The notes under the pieces are model-generated. The model was not told where the DNA came from. It did not search any database and worked only from the letters and a program-made list of their open reading frames with translations. Shown one piece after another: positions 1 to 9,237 of a DNA stretch of 64,000 bases; position 1 is the stretch's first letter, and every line of letters starts with the position of its first letter. Source of the DNA: Phycisphaerae bacterium (GTDB taxonomy: Bacteria > Planctomycetota > Phycisphaerae > UBA1845 > PWPN01); NCBI GenBank assembly GCA_039961895.1, contig JABRVU010000014.1:19019-83018 (forward strand), in the 5' to 3' direction. The position numbers and the translations under genes are program-made.

Positions 1-1
1 C

Positions 2-1843
2 CTCCCCAACAACCGCTATCCAACGATGCTTGACGATCTGGAGAGACAAGGACTGGCGGATTTCAATCAAGACGTTGTTCTCGATCCTGTGTGGATTGAC
101 ACCTTCACAAAGAAGTTGCGAGAGACGTTGCATGCCATCGGCAATCCTCCCAACGCGCGGAGCAATGCGCTTGTGCGTAGGGCGGTGGGACTTAGCACAA
201 GGCGGAGTGGTCGGCAAACAGCAGGGAGTCCGGTAGCGGACCTGCTGTGGTCTGGCAATGCGATGGCGAATGCGGCGGTGATCAGAAATGTGCCTGCGAT
301 CAGGCAATACCTTGAGCAGAATGGAATAACCCTGAATCCGTCACAGTGGACCGCTTGGGAGGCCTCGCTAAGCCACCGGCTTCAGACCGTTTGGGGCCCT
401 CCTGGAACCGGGAAGAGCCGGACACTCCGTGCGGTAGTGGTCGGCGCGGTTGTTGACGCGGTGCAACGCAATATCCCTTTGCGCCTTCTGGTCTGCGCTC
501 CCACTTACAACGCCCTTGATAACGTATTGTTGGAATCTGTCGCGGCCATCGGTCAGATGGTTCAGCATCCCGATCTGCGGTGCGTGCGCATCCGCTCCAG
601 TTACCGGCCAATAGACCAGAATATTCCTGCCGGCCTCGATCTGGAATTGAACAAATGGAATCCATCTGTCGCGGTACAGCAGCTACGGCAGCGCTTGCAG
701 AACAGCACGGGCATCACGGTGGTGGGTGCTACCCCTGAGCAGACGCACAACCTTCTGGTGACTGGAAACGCCGCCGCACGTCAGGAATTCTTCGACTGCA
801 TCATTCTCGATGAAGCGTCGCAGGTGGATGTTGCCCATTCGATCCTTCCGTTTGCGTCTCTGGCAGCGGACGGAGTCGTTGTGGTCGCGGGCGATCCAAA
901 ACAATTGCCACCGATCCACCAAACGAAAGCGCCAGTCGGTCTTGAAGCGATGGTCGGCTCGGTCTACAGCTTTTTTGAACAGCTCCACCAAGTTCAGCCC
1001 GCCATCCTGGAAGAGAATTATCGCTCAAGTCGCGTGATCGTCGAGCTTGCCCACGAAGCAGGCTACGACAGATCACTCACGAGTTATTCTCCGGATATGC
1101 GGACTGATATCATCACACCTTTCCCGACGGTTCAACCTCCCGCTGGATGGCCACAGACGCTTTTCTGGACGCCCGAATGGGCATCGCTGCTTGATCCGGA
1201 TGCCCCGGTCAGTTGTTTTGTCTATCCCGAGGGTCGCAGCAGTCAATGGAATCCTTTTGAGGCTGATTCGGTGGCAGCTCTGGCCTTGCTGCTGTATGGC
1301 CGCCTCGGCAACCAGCTCCTAAATGAAAGAGACCCAGCGTCCGGTGCCGCGATAGCCTCATCGCACAGCCCATACGCGATGGATGAATTCTGGCGCAGTG
1401 GGATTGGCATCGTCACCCCACATCGGGCGCAACAGGCATTGATAGTCGCGAGGCTCCAGCAGGTGTTCGGGCCATTAGGCGCTGCAAATCAACTTATCCG
1501 GGACGCTGTAGATACAGTAGAGCGATTTCAAGGGCAGCAGCGTGATGTGATCCTCGCCTCTTTTGCCCTGGGTGACCAGGATGCGATTCAGGATGAGGAC
1601 GAATTCCTGATGAGCCTCAATCGGTTCAATGTGATGACTTCCCGCGCCAGAGCAAAGCTGATCACCCTGGTGACGCAAGAGGTAGTGAACCATCTCTCTG
1701 GCGAACTGGACATCCTCCGTCAGAGCCGGTTGCTGAAGGTGTATGTCGAATCCTTCTGCAACAATTTCCGGCCCATGACTCTGGGCTATGTTACGGCGAA
1801 CGGCGTCCTCCAGGTCGATGGGATGTTCAAGTGGAGACAATGA
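2..1843 (+). CDS. Superfamily-1B helicase (Upf1/DNA2-like, AAA_11/AAA_12 type), 5' end cut by window edge
   Basis: Frame is open from nt 2 with no upstream stop, so the first Met at 26 is probably internal. Ordered SF1 motifs are present: Walker A GPPGTGKS, Walker B ILDEASQ, GDPKQLPP, ENYRS, VERFQGQQRDVIL, NRFNVMTSRARAKL. Confidence 0.85.
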   Translation, partial: LPNNRYPTMLDDLERQGLADFNQDVVLDPVWIDTFTKKLRETLHAIGNPPNARSNALVRRAVGLSTRRSGRQTAGSPVADLLWSGNAMANAAVIRNVPAIRQYLEQNGITLNPSQWTAWEASLSHRLQTVWGPPGTGKSRTLRAVVVGAVVDAVQRNIPLRLLVCAPTYNALDNVLLESVAAIGQMVQHPDLRCVRIRSSYRPIDQNIPAGLDLELNKWNPSVAVQQLRQRLQNSTGITVVGATPEQTHNLLVTGNAAARQEFFDCIILDEASQVDVAHSILPFASLAADGVVVVAGDPKQLPPIHQTKAPVGLEAMVGSVYSFFEQLHQVQPAILEENYRSSRVIVELAHEAGYDRSLTSYSPDMRTDIITPFPTVQPPAGWPQTLFWTPEWASLLDPDAPVSCFVYPEGRSSQWNPFEADSVAALALLLYGRLGNQLLNERDPASGAAIASSHSPYAMDEFWRSGIGIVTPHRAQQALIVARLQQVFGPLGAANQLIRDAVDTVERFQGQQRDVILASFALGDQDAIQDEDEFLMSLNRFNVMTSRARAKLITLVTQEVVNHLSGELDILRQSRLLKVYVESFCNNFRPMTLGYVTANGVLQVDGMFKWRQ

Positions 1844-1847
1844 CCGG

Positions 1848-2813
1848 ATGAGCCGGGACTTCCGCGACATCGATATACTCTCCCACGCCCAAGGGTGTCT
1901 TCTTGGCCAGCTTGCCGGAGACTCTCTTGGTAGTCTGGTCGAGTTTCGTTCTCAGGAGGAAATCCTGCGGGAATACCCGAATGGCGTTCGTGAGCTTGCC
2001 GACGGGGGCACCTGGAACACGATTGCCGGGCAACCGACTGACGATTCCGAGATGGCCCTTTTGTTGGCCCGCCTGCTGGTGGACCAAGGCAGGTACGATC
2101 CCAAGGAAGCCAGAAAAACGTACATTTCTTGGCTGGACTCTGGGCCCTTCGATTGCGGCATGACAGTCTCCAGCGGCCTGCGGGGTCGTCCCAATCCGGA
2201 CAGCCAGGCCAACGGCGCGATGATGCGGATCAGCCCTTTGGGCATCTTCGGAGCGAACCATGACGCTGGGTTGGTTGCCGAGTGGGCACGGCAGGACGCG
2301 GCGATCACCCATCCCCATCCGGTTTGTCAGCAAGCCAATGCAGTGTTCACGATGGCGATTGCCCATGCCATCCGCCAAGGGTGCGATGGCCGAAATCTGT
2401 ACGAGCAGATCGTGACCTGGGCGGAAGACATGAAGGTGAATGGGAGCCTCCTGGAAGCGGTTCGAGGTGCCGCCGAATCACCGCCAGCGGATTATGTCCG
2501 CCAGCAGGGGTGGGTACTGACGGCATTCCGCAACGCCCTGTGGCAGCTTCTGCATGCCACGAATCTGGAGGAAGCCGTTGTGGACACCGTCATGCGCGGG
2601 GGAGACACCGACACCAACGCCGCTATCTGTGGCGCGATTCTGGGTGCCGTGCATGGCCGGGACGCCGTCCCCGGCCAATGGGTCGACTCCCTGCTCAATT
2701 GCCGCCCCGCAGCGGGACAACCGAATGTGCGTCGTCCTCGTCCGGAGTGCTTCTGGCCGGTGGATGCTTTGGAACTGGCGGAGCGACTTCTCAAATCAGG
2801 AGAGGCGCGATGA
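1848..2813 (+). CDS. ADP-ribosylglycohydrolase (ARH/DraG family)
   Basis: Family hallmarks GDSLGSLVEF near the N-terminus, TDDSEMAL, and C-terminal GGDTDTNAAICGAILGA. ATG at 1848 lies 4 nt after the helicase stop; the listed 1788 start overlaps the helicase with non-family sequence. Confidence 0.85.
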   Translation: MSRDFRDIDILSHAQGCLLGQLAGDSLGSLVEFRSQEEILREYPNGVRELADGGTWNTIAGQPTDDSEMALLLARLLVDQGRYDPKEARKTYISWLDSGPFDCGMTVSSGLRGRPNPDSQANGAMMRISPLGIFGANHDAGLVAEWARQDAAITHPHPVCQQANAVFTMAIAHAIRQGCDGRNLYEQIVTWAEDMKVNGSLLEAVRGAAESPPADYVRQQGWVLTAFRNALWQLLHATNLEEAVVDTVMRGGDTDTNAAICGAILGAVHGRDAVPGQWVDSLLNCRPAAGQPNVRRPRPECFWPVDALELAERLLKSGEAR

Positions 2814-3676
2814 GCTTCTCAAAAGATGTCGTCGAGTTGGCCCTTGTCGCTGCAGGACGCTGCTGTTGCATCTGCCACAAGTTCTGTGGCGTCAGGATCG
2901 AGACGCACCACATTCGGCCTGTTTCAAAAGGGGGAGACAACAGCTTCGAGAACTGCATTCCCCTCTGTTTTGATTGCCACGCGGAGGTTGAACACTACAA
3001 CGATCAGCATCCAAGAGGACGTAAATTTTCCGAGAGCGAGCTCCGGAAGCATCGTGACACATGGTTCTCGAAAGTCGAAGAGATGAATACGCTCACGCCG
3101 CCTCCCGGCGATTCACCCCAGGTCATTCAGGCAGTTTCAGGAAATGGCAACATGGTTGCCGGGCGTGATTTGAACATTCGCACCGAACGGGTGGTCCGCA
3201 AAACGGTTGTCCAGACCGATCCGGGAGGCAGGCACATTTCAAACACGACAGCCCGCAAAATCCAGGACCTGGTGAAGGATTATATCGATATCCACACGAC
3301 GGCGGGCAAAGACACACAGCGAGCAGCGCAACGGATTTGGAGCAGCCTGAAGAACGAATTCAACGTGACCAGCTACAAGGAGATTCCCGCCCAGGATTCC
3401 GACCGCGCGATTCAATGGCTTCAGGCCCAGGTCGCCATGGCAAGGCCCAAAATCCGAAGGAGGGCCCCTGATAAGTGGAAGGAGAGTCTATACAAGCCGA
3501 TCTACGCACGCGCGGGCGATCTTGGGATTTCCAAAGAAGATCTCTATCTGCTGGCGCAAGAGCGATTGGCCCTCAAAAAGCCGATTCGATCCCTGAAGGA
3601 ACTGACACAGCGCGATCTTCAGCGGCTTCACCATGTTATGATCTATGAAGTCAAAAAATCCGGGAACAAGCCATGA
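2810..3676 (+). CDS. HNH endonuclease domain protein with unknown C-terminal domain
   Basis: N-terminus CCCICHKFCG...ETHHIRPVSKGGDNSFENCIPLCFDCHAEVEH is an HNH/zinc-finger core. ATG at 2810 overlaps the ARH stop (ATGA). The roughly 200-aa C-terminal part has no motif I recognise. The upstream part of listed ORF 2282..3676 is an out-of-frame overlap with ARH. Confidence 0.8.
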   Translation: MSFSKDVVELALVAAGRCCCICHKFCGVRIETHHIRPVSKGGDNSFENCIPLCFDCHAEVEHYNDQHPRGRKFSESELRKHRDTWFSKVEEMNTLTPPPGDSPQVIQAVSGNGNMVAGRDLNIRTERVVRKTVVQTDPGGRHISNTTARKIQDLVKDYIDIHTTAGKDTQRAAQRIWSSLKNEFNVTSYKEIPAQDSDRAIQWLQAQVAMARPKIRRRAPDKWKESLYKPIYARAGDLGISKEDLYLLAQERLALKKPIRSLKELTQRDLQRLHHVMIYEVKKSGNKP

Positions 3677-3843
3677 AATCTGGTGATTGTCAGGCAGAGG
3701 GATGAAATCCGGGTCAACGCCGCTTCCGCCTCGCCGGGAACGGCCTGATCTTTGATAACCAGTTGATTTGAAGGTTTTCGGTTAACGGCGGGAGAAAGAG
3801 AACGGTTATGAAGAGGGTTGCACACGGGGAGCCAAAATACCCC

Positions 3844-3869
3844 GTCCACCAAGTAGGGTGGACGTTTTG
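3844..3869 (+). terminator. Hairpin plus short T-run (terminator-like)
   Basis: GTCCACC-aagtag-GGTGGAC is a perfect 7-bp stem, followed by GTTTTGG. Confidence 0.45.
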
Positions 3870-3874
3870 GTTCA

Positions 3875-3914
3875 CAGAAGCCTCGAGGCGACCCCTCGGG
3901 GCTTCTGCTTTTTT
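3875..3914 (+). terminator. Rho-independent terminator downstream of the helicase-ARH-HNH operon
   Basis: CAGAAGCC...GGCTTCTG stem with an inner partially paired tcgagg/cctcgg, followed by a T-run (gcTTTTTTgg). Confidence 0.7.
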
Positions 3915-4274
3915 GGCCAGTCCTCGCGGGCATCTGCGCGCTCGCCGTCCTCGTCCCCGCTCTTCACGACCGTCGCCAGAGATCACGAGCGGCGCTCGCG
4001 GCGGCGTCTTCGCGGCCGAGATCGCTCTCTGCGGGCCTCGCCGGGGAGAGAGCGCCAGAGAGCGTTTCACAGGTAGAGATCGCGTTTAGCAGCCGAGGCG
4101 GGTTTGCTGCTAACCCGGCGTCCGCATCCTGGTTCCGATCCCAGTCGGCCCGCTGCGGGCCGCGTGGTTCACAGCCGGAAGGCAGCGCGCGATCGTCCAG
4201 GAGGCCGCCGTCGTGGCCCACGTGGCCGCCCGTGGCGGCAACGCGGACGACGGGGCTGTGGCAGAGGCGCATGA

Positions 4275-7200
4275 CTACGGTGCGGTGTGACCCACTGCGA
4301 CGCCAGGCTGCTCCGCAAGGCTTCCGGCGCCATCGTCACTCATTCTCTCGGCTGGCGCCTCGGTGGGCGGGCCGTCACGAAGGCCCCGGCGTTTCCAAAG
4401 GTAGTAGATCGCCGGATAGACCAAGAGCTCCATCGCGAACGATGTCACGAGTCCACCCACCATCGGCGCCGCGATGCGCTTCATGAGATCCGCGCCCGTG
4501 CCGATGGACCACATGATGGGCAACAGGCCGAGCATGGCCGCAAAGACCGTCATGGCCTTGGGGCGAACACGCTTGACCGCGCCGTGGATGATGGCCTCGA
4601 CCAGGTCCCCTCGGGTGTTGAGGCGCCCCGTCTTCTTGGCCTCGTCGTGTGACAGGTCGAGGAACAGCAGCATGAACACTCCGGTCTCCGCGTCGAGGCC
4701 CATGAGCGCGATCATCCCGACCCACACGGCTATCGACACGTTGTAGCCGAGGAGCCACAGCAGCCAGACCGCGCCGACCGCGGAGAACGGCACCGCGAGC
4801 ATCACGATGGATGCTTTGAACGCCGATTTGGTGTTCATATAGAGCAGCACGAAGATGAGCACGAGCGTGAGCGGCAGGATCAGCTTGAGCCGCTCCTTCA
4901 CGCGCAGCATGTTCTCGTACTGTCCGCTCCAGGTCATGGAGTAGCCGGTGGGCATCTTGACGCTGGCGCCGACGGCCTCCTTGGCGCGCTGGACGTACGT
5001 GCCCACGTCGACCTTGGCCGTGTCGAAATCCACGTAGACGTAGCCTGCCAAGAGCCCGTTCTCGTCGCGGATCATCGACGGCCCTTGTGCGAGCACGACG
5101 TCCGCTATCTCCTCCATGGGGATCTGTCCCTTGCCGCTCGGGAGCGGCAGCAGGACGCGGCGGAGGGCCTGCAAGTCGTCGCGGTAGTCCCTGGCGTAGC
5201 GGACGTTGATGCCGTAGCGCTCGCGACCTTCGACAGTCGTGCTCTGGTTGTCGCCGCCGACCGCAGTCATGACCATCATGTTGGCGTCGTCGACGGTGAG
5301 CCCGTAGCGGGCCAGTTGGTCGCGATTGAGCACGAAGTCGAGGAAGTACCCACCCGCCACACGCTCGGCATAGGCGCTGCGAGTGCCGGGTACCGTGGAA
5401 ACCGCCGCCTCGGTCTCTTTGGCGATCCGCTCGATGGTGGCGAGATCCGCGCCCATGATCTTGATCCCGACCGGCGTGCGGATGCCAGTCGACAGCATGT
5501 CGAGCCGGCCTTTGATTGGCATGGTCCAGGCGTTCGAGATGCCCGGAAGCTGGAGCGCGTGATTCATCTCGTCCTCGAGCTCCGCGTGGGTGATGCGGTC
5601 GTTCCAGAATGGACGCAGGATGCCCTTGGCCCAGTCGGGTGCCCACGACGAGTACCAGCGAGGCTTCTCGCGCCACGCGCTCTCTGGCTTCAGGGTGATG
5701 GTTGTCTCCATCATCGTGAACGGGGCCGGATCGGTGGATGAGTTGGCCCGGCCCGCCTTGCCGAAGACCCGCTCGACCTCGGGGAAGGTCATGAGAATCT
5801 TGTCCTGAAGCTGGAGCGCCTTCTGCGCCTCGGCAACGGACATGCCGGGTTCGACAGCGGACGGCATGTAGAGGATGGTTCCCTCCCGCAGCGGCGGCAT
5901 GAACTCGGAGCCCAGCCGGAGGTAGATGGGTACGGTGCTCGCGACAATCAGGACCGCGACGATGATCGTGGCCTTTGCGTGACGCACCACAAAGCGGCAA
6001 GGCTTCTCATACAGCCAGTGGAGCAGACGGCTGATGGGGTGACGCTCCTCCGACCGGTACTGGCCAACGAAGAGGGCGGTTGCGAGCCAGGCCAGAAAGC
6101 GGGGCCGGAAGCGGAACGGCTCGATACGAGCGAATAGCATGCGAAGCGCCGGGTCGAGCGTGATAGCGAGCACGGCGGCGATGGCCATGGCGAAGTTCTT
6201 GGAGAAGGCGAGCGGGCGGAACAGCCGGCCTTCTTGGTCGACAAGCGTGAAGACCGGCAAGAACGCGACCGCGATGACCAAGAGCGAGAAAAAGACCCCG
6301 GGGCCGACCTCCATGAGCGCTTCCAGTCGCACCTGGTGGAAGTCGCCCTTCTTGCCGTCTTTCACCCAGTGGTAGATCTTATTGTAGGCATTCTCCACCT
6401 CGACAATCGCACCATCGACCAGGACGCCGACGGATATCGCGATCCCCGCGAGCGACATCAGGTTGGCGTTTAGCCCCATGAGCTTCATCGGGATGAAGGC
6501 CAGCGCCACGGACACCGGGATGGTGATGATGGGGATGATCGAGGAGGGGAAGTGCCACAGGAAGATGAGGATGATGATCGAAACGATGATGATCTCCTCG
6601 ATCAGCTTGTGTGTGACCGTCTCGATGGCGCGGTCAATCAGGTCCGACCGATCGTAGGTGGTGACGACTTCCACGCCGGCCGGCAACGAGGGCTTGACCT
6701 CGTCGAGCTTCGCCTTGACTCGATTGATGACGTTGAGCGCGTTCTCACCCTGGCGCATGACGACGATGCCGCCGACAACGTCGCCTTCGCCATTGAAGTC
6801 CGCGATGCCTCGCCGCATCTCGGGGCCGAGGGCAACCTGGGCGACGTCCTTGACGAGGACGGGCGTACCACCATCCGCCCGCAGTACCAGCTTCTCGATG
6901 TCATGGATGTTCTTGACGTACCCACGGCCGCGCACCATGTACTCGCGGCCCGAGAGTTCCACGAGCCGCCCGCCGACGTCGTTGTTGCCTTTGCGGACCG
7001 CCTCGATCACGGCATCGAGGGGGATCTTGTAGGCGGCGAGCGAGTTGGGATTGACGGTGACCTGGTACTGCCGCACCTGCCCGCCTACCGTGGCGACCTC
7101 GGAGACGCCGGGCACGCTCTGAACGGCGTAGCGGAGAAACCAGTCCTGGTAGGAGCGCAGCTCATCGGTCGAGTGCTTCCCGCTCTTGTCGATCAAGGCA

Positions 7201-7622
7201 TACTGGAACACCCAGCCCACGCTGGAGGCATCGGGACCCAACTCGGTCTTCACCCCGGCCGGAAGCTGCGGCGTAATCTTCGACAGGTACTCGAGCACGC
7301 GGGTCCGCGCCCAGTACATGTCAGTGCCGTCCTCGAAGATCACGTACACGTAGCTAAAGCCGAAGTCCGAGAAGCCGCGAATGGCCTTGACCTGCGGGGC
7401 TCCGAGTAGCGCCGTCGTGATCGGATAGGTGACCTGGTCCTCGATGATGTCCGGGCTCCGGTCCCAGCGCGAGTAGACGATCACCTGCGTGTCCGAGAGG
7501 TCGGGAAGCGCATCGAGCGGGATCGTGCGCATCGACCACCAGGCGAAGACCAAGGCAACGATGACCCCTGCGATCACCAGGAAGCGATTCTCAGCCGAGA
7601 AGCGGATGATGCGCTTGATCAT
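4275..7622 (-). CDS. cusA: CusA-type heavy-metal (Cu/Ag) RND efflux pump, inner-membrane subunit
   Basis: N-terminus MIKRIIRFSAENRFLV...PLDALPDLSDTQVIVYS...FGFSYVYVIFEDGTDMYWARTRVLEYL closely tracks the E. coli CusA N-terminus. Length (1115 aa) and multi-TM organisation fit the HME-RND family. Confidence 0.9.
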   Translation of the reverse strand: MIKRIIRFSAENRFLVIAGVIVALVFAWWSMRTIPLDALPDLSDTQVIVYSRWDRSPDIIEDQVTYPITTALLGAPQVKAIRGFSDFGFSYVYVIFEDGTDMYWARTRVLEYLSKITPQLPAGVKTELGPDASSVGWVFQYALIDKSGKHSTDELRSYQDWFLRYAVQSVPGVSEVATVGGQVRQYQVTVNPNSLAAYKIPLDAVIEAVRKGNNDVGGRLVELSGREYMVRGRGYVKNIHDIEKLVLRADGGTPVLVKDVAQVALGPEMRRGIADFNGEGDVVGGIVVMRQGENALNVINRVKAKLDEVKPSLPAGVEVVTTYDRSDLIDRAIETVTHKLIEEIIIVSIIILIFLWHFPSSIIPIITIPVSVALAFIPMKLMGLNANLMSLAGIAISVGVLVDGAIVEVENAYNKIYHWVKDGKKGDFHQVRLEALMEVGPGVFFSLLVIAVAFLPVFTLVDQEGRLFRPLAFSKNFAMAIAAVLAITLDPALRMLFARIEPFRFRPRFLAWLATALFVGQYRSEERHPISRLLHWLYEKPCRFVVRHAKATIIVAVLIVASTVPIYLRLGSEFMPPLREGTILYMPSAVEPGMSVAEAQKALQLQDKILMTFPEVERVFGKAGRANSSTDPAPFTMMETTITLKPESAWREKPRWYSSWAPDWAKGILRPFWNDRITHAELEDEMNHALQLPGISNAWTMPIKGRLDMLSTGIRTPVGIKIMGADLATIERIAKETEAAVSTVPGTRSAYAERVAGGYFLDFVLNRDQLARYGLTVDDANMMVMTAVGGDNQSTTVEGRERYGINVRYARDYRDDLQALRRVLLPLPSGKGQIPMEEIADVVLAQGPSMIRDENGLLAGYVYVDFDTAKVDVGTYVQRAKEAVGASVKMPTGYSMTWSGQYENMLRVKERLKLILPLTLVLIFVLLYMNTKSAFKASIVMLAVPFSAVGAVWLLWLLGYNVSIAVWVGMIALMGLDAETGVFMLLFLDLSHDEAKKTGRLNTRGDLVEAIIHGAVKRVRPKAMTVFAAMLGLLPIMWSIGTGADLMKRIAAPMVGGLVTSFAMELLVYPAIYYLWKRRGLRDGPPTEAPAERMSDDGAGSLAEQPGVAVGHTAP

Positions 7623-9223
7623 GGCTGGTGCCCCCCATGGCTGGGCGCTGCGTCCTGACCAGCCGGAGCTTCCTGGCTCGCGCCCTGTGTGCCGGACGGC
7701 GGAAGTACTCGTGCGCTCTCCGGTTGCTTGCCCACGGCGGGTGACATGGCGTTGAGCGAGGCGCGCAGACGGGACTCCGAGTCGATGAGGAAGTTGGCCC
7801 TGGTGACGACGAGCTCGCCCACTCGGAGCCCACTCGTGACCTCCACGACCGTGCCGTCGGACTGCCCGACCTCGATCTGCCGGGGCTGAAACTTGCCCTC
7901 GCCTTGCGCAACGAAGACGACCTTCGTCGTGCCCGAATCGATGATCGCGTCCGCGGGGACGACGAGCCCCTCGTGCGAGGCGGTCTTCAGTACGACCTCG
8001 CCGAACATCTCGGGTCGCAAGTCACCGCCGGGATTCGGGAACGTGAGGCGGACCTTGACGGTGCGGGTCTGCGGATCGAGGAGCGGGTCGAGGAAGATGA
8101 CCTTGCCCTCGAACGTGCGGTCCGGGAACGCCTTGAGCTTGAGCGTCGCTGGGGTTCCCTCCTTCACGAAGCGCAGCTCGCTCTCGTAGACGTCGGCGAG
8201 CACCCACACCACGCTGAGATCGACGATCTCGTAAGGCATGGCGCCGGCCTCGAGCTTCATCCCTTCGACGACGTCCTTCTTGGTCACGACTCCCGCGGCG
8301 GGCGAATAGAACGTCAGGGTCTTGGTCGGTTGGCCGGTCTCCTCGAGCCGCTGAATCTCGGCCGCGGACACGTCCCAGAGCATTAGACGTCGCCTGGCGG
8401 CGTCGACCAGTGCCTGCCCGCTGCCGCCGGACCCCGCCGTTGCCCCCAGGGTGCCGCGTGTCCTGAGGGCGAGCAGGAATTCGTTCTGCGCCGCGAGCAG
8501 CTCGGGGCTGAACAGCGTGAAGAGAGGATCGCCCCGCTTCACCCGCTTCCCTACGAAGTCGACGAAGATGCGCTCGACGAATCCGCCATTCTTCACATTG
8601 ACGTGGCGGACGCGGGTCTCGTCGATGGCGACGCGGCCGACGGTCCGCACCTGCCCGCCCACCGGTCCTCGCACCACCTCGGCCGTCTTGAGACCGATGA
8701 GCTGTTGGCGCTCGGGGTCGATGCCGATGACGGCGAGGCCCGGCACGGAGGAGCCCCCGCCGCTCACCTCGTCCTCGTACACGGCGACGTAGTCCATCCC
8801 CATCTCGTCCTTGCGTGGGGTGGGTGAGGTCTGCTTCGGGTCCATCGGAGAGCGGTAGAAGGCAATCTTGCGTTTCGCCGGACTGCTCGCCGGCGAAGAC
8901 GTTGGACCTTTCCCCGACTCGACCTTGACGAGCTTCATGCCGCAGATGGGGCAGTCGCCCGGGTGGTCCTGGATGATGGTGGGGTGCATCGGGCACTGGT
9001 ACTGCGCCTTGACGTGAGCGGCTCCCTCGTCCCCCGTTCCGGCTCCCCGCGAAAGGAGAAGGGCCCCGCCGCCGGCCAGCACGGCGCTCACGATGGCGAC
9101 CAGGACGATGGCGGGCCAACCGAACCGACCGCGTCGAGTGGGCGGTGCCGACGGCGGTGTTGCTGCCTCGGGCGCGCGACTTTCCGGAGACTGGACTTCC
9201 GGCGGTTGACCTTCGGTCGTCAT
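7619..9223 (-). CDS. cusB: RND periplasmic adaptor (CusB-like) with N-terminal Cys-rich heavy-metal-binding motif
   Basis: YQCPMHP...GDCPICGMKL metal-binding motif followed by a membrane-fusion-protein beta-barrel/lipoyl-like region. It overlaps the cusA start by 4 nt. ATG at 9223 has an AGGAG-like site upstream; a GTG at 9241 is the alternative start. Confidence 0.8.
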   Translation of the reverse strand: MTTEGQPPEVQSPESRAPEAATPPSAPPTRRGRFGWPAIVLVAIVSAVLAGGGALLLSRGAGTGDEGAAHVKAQYQCPMHPTIIQDHPGDCPICGMKLVKVESGKGPTSSPASSPAKRKIAFYRSPMDPKQTSPTPRKDEMGMDYVAVYEDEVSGGGSSVPGLAVIGIDPERQQLIGLKTAEVVRGPVGGQVRTVGRVAIDETRVRHVNVKNGGFVERIFVDFVGKRVKRGDPLFTLFSPELLAAQNEFLLALRTRGTLGATAGSGGSGQALVDAARRRLMLWDVSAAEIQRLEETGQPTKTLTFYSPAAGVVTKKDVVEGMKLEAGAMPYEIVDLSVVWVLADVYESELRFVKEGTPATLKLKAFPDRTFEGKVIFLDPLLDPQTRTVKVRLTFPNPGGDLRPEMFGEVVLKTASHEGLVVPADAIIDSGTTKVVFVAQGEGKFQPRQIEVGQSDGTVVEVTSGLRVGELVVTRANFLIDSESRLRASLNAMSPAVGKQPESARVLPPSGTQGASQEAPAGQDAAPSHGGHQP

Positions 9224-9237
9224 GGCTTGCTCTCCTC

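Noticed and set aside
2282-2809. N-terminal extension of the HNH ORF (listed 2282..3676), and similar extensions of 1788..2813, 32120..33421, 38401..39435, 14252..14869 and 52743..54854.
   Set aside because: The extensions overlap upstream genes in another frame with low-complexity Arg/Gly/Pro sequence. Internal starts coincide with stop/start overlaps or Shine-Dalgarno-like sites.
4081-4160. tRNA-like or att-remnant signal (GGTTCCGATCC resembling a T-loop, plus the 8-bp inverted repeat TTAGCAGC/GCTGCTAA).
   Set aside because: I could not fold a cloverleaf. The T-stem pairing is poor, and there is no acceptor or anticodon arm geometry. It is treated as unassigned intergenic sequence.
3808-4272. 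Small ORFs in the 3.7-4.3 kb gap (3808..4089, 3858..4076, 3714..4070, 3964..4272).
   Set aside because: They are mutually overlapping, Arg/Ser/Pro-rich and run through the terminator hairpins. No support beyond being open.
4375-6000. 541-aa minus-strand ORF inside cusA in another frame, with analogous internal ORFs in czcA (41283..41951, 42528..43433).
   Set aside because: These are alternative-frame artefacts within strongly supported RND genes, with Arg/Gly/His-rich low-complexity translations.
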